NCBI RefSeq assembly: GCF_006345805.1 | Contig: NW_021826125.1 | Span: 1 to 13,554, forward strand | DNA length: 13,554 nt | Direction: 5' to 3' | DNA from: Octopus sinensis | Taxonomy: Eukaryota | Shown here: positions 8,878-13,554 of the stretch, piece after piece | How the letters are laid out: every line of letters starts with the position of its first letter | Numbering within the stretch: position 1 is the first letter of the stretch | Translations under genes and position numbers: made by a program | The notes under the pieces: generated by a model | Database searches by the model: none | Told to the model about the DNA's origin: nothing | What the model saw: only the letters and a program-made list of their open reading frames with translations

Positions 8878-8882
8878 CACTT

Positions 8883-8962
8883 ATATTTATACATATATAT
8901 ATATTTATATATATATATTTATATATATATATTTATATATATATTTATATATATATATTTAT
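8883..8962. repeat. (TA)n microsatellite
   Basis: Seen directly in the sequence. Confidence 0.95.
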
Positions 8963-9153
8963 ATCATCATCATCATCATCATCGTTTAGCGTCCGTTTTC
9001 CATGCTAGCATGGGTTGGACGGGTCAACTGGGGTCTGTGAAGCTGGAAGGCTTCGTCAGGCCCAGTCAGATCTGGCAGTGTTTCTACGGCTGGATGCCCT
9101 TCCTAACGCCAACCACTCCGCGAGTGTAGTGGGGGTTTTTTACGTGCCCCTGC
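8963..9153 (-). mobile_element. 5'-truncated SINE copy B, inverted, diverged variant of copies A and C
   Basis: Reverse complement reads GGCACGTAAAAAACCCCCACTACACTCGCGGAGTGGTTGGCGTTAGGAAGGGCATCCAGCCG...CCATGCTAGCATGGAAAACGGACGCTAAAC(GAT)n. The central ~30 nt differ from A and C. Confidence 0.9.
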
Positions 9154-9273
9154 TATATATATATATGTATATATATTTATATATTATATTTAATATATTA
9201 TTTATATATTATATTTAATAGAATATATATATATATATCTATATTATATTTATATATATATAATATATATATT

Positions 9274-9310
<37 letters not shown>

Positions 9311-9340
9311 ATTCATATTTATATCTATTATATATATATT

Positions 9341-9371
<31 letters not shown>

Positions 9372-9372
9372 C

Positions 9373-9404
<32 letters not shown>

Positions 9405-9445
9405 ATATATATATTATTATATTTATATATATATATATATTTATT
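9154..9445. repeat. Degenerate (TA)n microsatellite
   Basis: Seen directly in the sequence. Confidence 0.96.
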
Positions 9446-9885
9446 ACCATCCGAGCGTGGCCGTCTGCCAGCCTCGTCTGGCACCTGTGTCGGTGGCACA
9501 TAAAAACACCATCCGAGCGTGGCCGTCTGCCAGCCTCGTCTGGCACCTGTGTCGGTGGCACATAAAAAACACCATCCGAGCGTGGCCGTCTGCCAGCCTC
9601 GTCGTGGCACCTGTGTCGGTGGCACATAAAAAACACCATCCGAGCGTGGCCGTTTGCCAGCCTCGTCTGGCACCTGTGTCGGTGGCACATAAAATCACCC
9701 ACTACACTCTCGGAGTGGTTGGCGTTATGGAAGGGCATCCAGCTGTAGAAACACTGCCAGATCTGACTGGACTGGTGCAGCTTTCGGGCTCCCCAGACCC
9801 CAGTTGAACCGTCCACCCATGCTAGCATGGAAAGCGGACGTTAAATGATGATGATGATGATATGATGATGAATATATGATGATGA

Positions 9886-9886
<1 letters not shown>
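9446..9886 (+). mobile_element. SINE copy C: 4 x ~62-bp monomers, tail and degenerate (ATG)n; nearly identical to the 3' part of copy A
   Basis: Monomers start at 9446, 9507, 9570 and 9634. The tail at 9696-9844 matches 4243-4391 apart from a few indels. Confidence 0.92.
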
Positions 9887-9946
<60 letters not shown>

Positions 9947-10061
9947 TAATATAATATATATATTTATATATATGTATATATATATATATTTATATATATG
10001 TATATATATATATATTTATATATATATATTATATTTTATATATTGTATATATATATATATT

Positions 10062-10092
<31 letters not shown>

Positions 10093-10204
10093 ATTTATAT
10101 ATATTATATATATGTATATATAGTATATATATATATCTATATATATATTGTAATTATATATATATATTTATATATATTTATATATATATATATTTATATA
10201 TATT

Positions 10205-10237
<33 letters not shown>

Positions 10238-10330
10238 ATATATTTATATATTGTATATATATATATATCTATATATATATATATCTATATACATATAATA
10301 TATATATTTATATATATATATATATATATA
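9887..10330. repeat. Long degenerate (TA)n microsatellite
   Basis: About 440 nt of TA alternation. Confidence 0.97.
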
Positions 10331-13300
10331 CTTTTTTACTCTTTTACTTGTTTCAGCCATCCGCTGAGGCCATGCTGGGGCACCGCCCTTGTTGCTACCC
10401 TCTCTAAGTCCAGTTGCCGTGGCTGGCCACTGATCTAAGAGAGAGTTTGTAGCTGCTGCCCCTAGGTTACCTACCCTTAGTGCGGTACCTTGCAGTGGGT
10501 TCATCTGGGATCCCGGAAAGCAGCTTGTCTAGATGTTTTTTGAAAATGTCCACATCCGCATCATGTAGATCTCTTAGTTTTCTTGGCAGTTTGTTGAAAA
10601 GCTGAGGCCCCTGAACCCCAGGCTATTACAGTATCTGCTCCTTACCCTGGATGTGGAAGACGGGACCTTTGGCACCACACAGTGACGTCCTGTACGGGGA
10701 TTGGAACAGCTCTCAATTCCAAAATTTGGTGTTAGTCCCTCCAGGATTTTCCATATGTATATCACTGCATATCTCTCTCGTCTTCGTTCCAAGGAGTACA
10801 AATTGAGTTCCCTAAGCCTCTCCCAATAGTTCTTTTCTTTCATGGTGGAAATCCTCTTGGTGAAATGTCTTTGGATTGTCTCAAGCTCTGTGGTTAGTTT
10901 GACACTATGCGGTGACCACAGTTGGGAGCAGTAGTTCAGGCGGCTTAGGACAAATGTCCTCCATAGTGTCAACATGGTCTCGCCGTCTCTTGTCCGGAAT
11001 GTCCTCAGGATCCAGCCATGAGTCGTCTGCACATTGTCGCCACCTTCGCGATGTGTGAAGAAAAGATGCATCGTCACTCATGTCTATCCCCAGGTCCCGT
11101 ATTGATTTCGATACTGGGATTTCGATCCCTCCTGGACCAGTATAGTTGTGTTGTAATGTATATGTGTTTACAGCTTGATATTGTAAGGCTTGAAATTTAC
11201 CAGCATTAAATTGCATGTTGTTGTCTTCAGCCCATTTGTATATGGCATCCAGATCTTGTTGTAAAAGGTCAGCATCAGCTGGGTTTTTGATTGCCTGTGC
11301 TACCTTTGTGTCATCAGCATAGCTAGTGAGGGATGTTGTTTGTGCTACCAAGGGCATGTCAGAGAGCGCCACCAAAAACAGCAAGGTCCAAGACTGTGCC
11401 CTGTGGGACCCCGCTTGCTATTGGTGTTCTTTCCCGAGAGGGCTCCATTGGCTGCAACCATCTGGCTTCTGTCCTTCAGGAAGTCATGTATCCACTCACC
11501 TACTTTTCCTGTTATGCCGAGTCTGAGTAATTTGTGACATATCACTCCGTGGTCGACTTTGTCAAAGGCCTTCGCAAAGTCGAGATATACCACATCCACC
11601 TGTGAGCGATCCAGTAGTTGTTCAGTACCCAGTCGTAGTGTTGTAACAGCTGCGTAAGGCAGCTTCTTCCTGGCGAAAGCCATGCTGTGTGTCAGTGAGA
11701 CGGTTAGTTTCTTCGAGGAACGTGATCAGTTTTTTTCTGATGATTCGTTCCATGACCTTACTTATGTGTGACGTCAGGGAGACTGGCCTGTAGTTTTTGG
11801 CCTCTGCTCTACTCCCTCTTTGTGGATAGGCATATGGTGCCTTCTTTTAGCGCCCTGGGCAGTTTACCGTTAGCCAAGGAACCACTGAAGAGCTTCTTCA
11901 GTGGTCCCGCTAGGGCATGCCTGCATGCTTTTAGGAGGACTGCTGGGAATCCATCTGGTCCAGCAGCTGAGTTTATTCTCATTTCTTCTATGGCAGATAT
12001 TACATCCTCTCTGTTATGTCTATGTGGTCGATGGTTGTTGTTTGGTTTTGGAGTGTTGTGGCATCAAGAAAAACTTCTGGGTTTGTGATTTGCATGTGCC
12101 CCAGAGGGGATGTGAACACACTTTTATACTGTTCCTTTAGTATTTCACTTATCCCTTGGGGGTCCTCAGTTTGAGAGCCCTTTTTATCAAAGAGTGAGCC
12201 AATCTTGCAGTGTACCGAGGTGGTTTCTTTCGCAAATTTAAAGAAGGCTTTAGGGTTTGTTTTAATATTCTCTATGGCCCTGGCTTCTCTCTCTGCCCTC
12301 TCCTTCTCATAGGAAAGTTTGAGTGCAGTTTCCGTTTCAGAAAGTTTCAGGTGGAGTCCCTCATTGTTTCTCTGCCATGCATTCAGTTGCTTCGAGAGCT
12401 TAGCTCTTCACCTCATAAGTATTTTCCTGTCTCTGGGAATAACGTTCCTATGCCCGCTGGCTTTTTTCTCCGGGACAAACTTATGGCATATGTTCTGTAT
12501 TGTTGTCATGAAATGTTGGAAATGTGTGTTGGTGTCTTGTGTGGTGATGAAGTCACTCCAGTCATGTTTTCGGATCTCTTCGTTGATCTTCTTCCAGTTT
12601 GCCTTATGGAAGTTTAGACTGGATAGACCTGTGGTATTTTCTAATGGCTGCGTCTCAACTAACTTTCTCATACCATATATCATTACCTCTACTAAGTTGT
12701 GATCTGAGAGAATTGTTGGTGTTACCATTATGTTGTGGATGAGCATCGGGTTGCTTGTGAAACAAGGTCCAAGACATTCTCACCTCTGTTGGCCGAAGCA
12801 CTGCTTGCTCCATGAAAAACTTGCGTGTGAGAGCCAACAAGGACTCTGTCTGTCTCTGTTCAAGTGATGTCATTCCAGGGAGGAGATGCCATCTGGCCAT
12901 TTGACTTTCGGAAGGTTAAAATCTCCCAGCAGTAGAATGGTGTTACCCTGGTCCAGTTTGTCCAGACTTCTTCTATTCTTCTGAGGCTATCTTCAAACAC
13001 TCCTTCATGACTAGGGGTGTCTGGTGGCCGATATGTGACACATATTACTATTTTCGGTTGTTTCATATGTACTATCATGGTGTCACAGACTGAGTTTGAG
13101 TGTGTCAACAGTACTATGGGTGTGACATCTTCACGGACGTACAGGGCAACCCCACCATGAGTTCTTTCCTTCCTGTCTGACCGAAAAACAGTATACTTTG
13201 GTACGTGTATTTCTGCATCTGCTATACTGCTTGACAGGTGCGTTTCAGTCAGCGCTATGCATATTGCATGGTTGCTTGTGCTTAAGTCCCTAAGGTAAGG

Positions 13301-13423
13301 AATTTTACTCATATTAGTGGGTTTCACCAGACCTCTGACATTCAGCAGAAGCACTGGTGAGATATTTGGGGTGTTAATAAAGGCTGACAGTGTGGCACCT
13401 GGGCTGGTGTCAGCGGTGGCCAT
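10331..13423 (-). pseudogene. LINE ORF2 (APE endonuclease and reverse transcriptase), frameshifted
   Basis: LLLNVRGL, IALTETHL, FRSDR..HGGVALYV, YRPP, LSDHN, AAGPDG, YRPVSLTSHISKVMERII, QHGF, VVYLDFAKAFDKVDH, PQGTVL, SYADDTK (YADD 11321-11310), RDLGI, SLERRRERY, NSLLDQ. The position of the stop codon is uncertain. Confidence 0.92.
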
Positions 13424-13554
13424 CCTGGGTCCCTTGATTGTGGTGGTCTTGAGTGCTGTTGTGAGTGCCCCTGGCTCTGAAGACGATGTATCCAGGCCAG
13501 TTGTCCCACAATTTTCTCTGCTATTTCCACAAAATTTCTTTGTTCTGCTGCCGC
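13342..13554 (-). CDS. Possible C-terminus of LINE ORF1 (partial), overlapping the ORF2 start
   Basis: Frame is open from the window edge (AAAEQRNFVEIAEKIVGQL...Q/P-rich) to the stop at 13342 and overlaps the putative ORF2 ATG at 13423 by 82 nt. No diagnostic motif. Confidence 0.45.
   Translation of the reverse strand, partial: AAAEQRNFVEIAEKIVGQLAWIHRLQSQGHSQQHSRPPQSRDPGWPPLTPAQVPHCQPLLTPQISHQCFC

Larger units (their letters stand above)
4425..8882 (+). mobile_element. Penelope-like retroelement with C-terminal GIY-YIG endonuclease (Hydra-clade-like), apparently a full-length monomer
   Basis: RT plus GIY-YIG ORF at 4431-7299, then a long AT-rich 3' region ending in a hammerhead motif (8760-8850) and a (TA)n tract. 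Boundaries are inferred from the flanking microsatellites and a possible ATATTTATA duplication. The clade call is an inference from the RWK, DKT, GLYRDD and CxCx5C motifs. Confidence 0.85.
10331..13554 (-). mobile_element. CR1-group (CR1/L2/Crack/Daphne-like) LINE with intact 3' end; 5' part continues beyond the window
   Basis: Complete APE-RT ORF2 signal. The 3' end GGCGGTGCCCCAGCATGGCCTCAGCGGATGGCTGAAACAAGTAAAAGAGTAAAAAAG abuts (TA)n. The exact clade cannot be determined by eye. Confidence 0.9.

Noticed and set aside
9876-10298. YI-rich ORFs here and at 8827-9218
   Set aside because: These are translations of (TA)n microsatellites.
11018-12702. Plus-strand ORFs over the LINE, and at 574-2108 over the RTE
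   Set aside because: They are antisense shadows of the retroelement ORFs with no motifs of their own.

Overview
Eukaryotic, repeat-saturated DNA with no recognisable host gene. It is probably cephalopod/Octopus, an inference from the SINE tails and long (TA)n tracts. The window is a stack of retroelements separated by degenerate (TA)n microsatellites. (1) A 5'-truncated RTE-clade LINE on the minus strand (1-2252) with a PHD-type zinc finger inside its RT. (2) A ~2-kb composite SINE-like element (2404-4417) built from a higher-order array of hairpin-rich ~62-bp monomers and ending in an RTE-type stem-loop and (ATG)n tail. (3) An apparently full-length Penelope-like element (PLE, ~4425-8882, +) encoding RT and a C-terminal GIY-YIG nuclease, Hydra-clade-like, with two long Asn-rich inserts and a ~1.55-kb 3' region. 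That region ends in a type I hammerhead ribozyme whose long stem II contains an AATAAA signal. (4) Two more SINE copies (8963-9153 minus, 9446-9886 plus). (5) A CR1-group LINE on the minus strand (10331 to beyond 13554). Most ORF breaks I traced are single-base losses, often in short homopolymers, so the elements may be intact and the breaks may be assembly errors.
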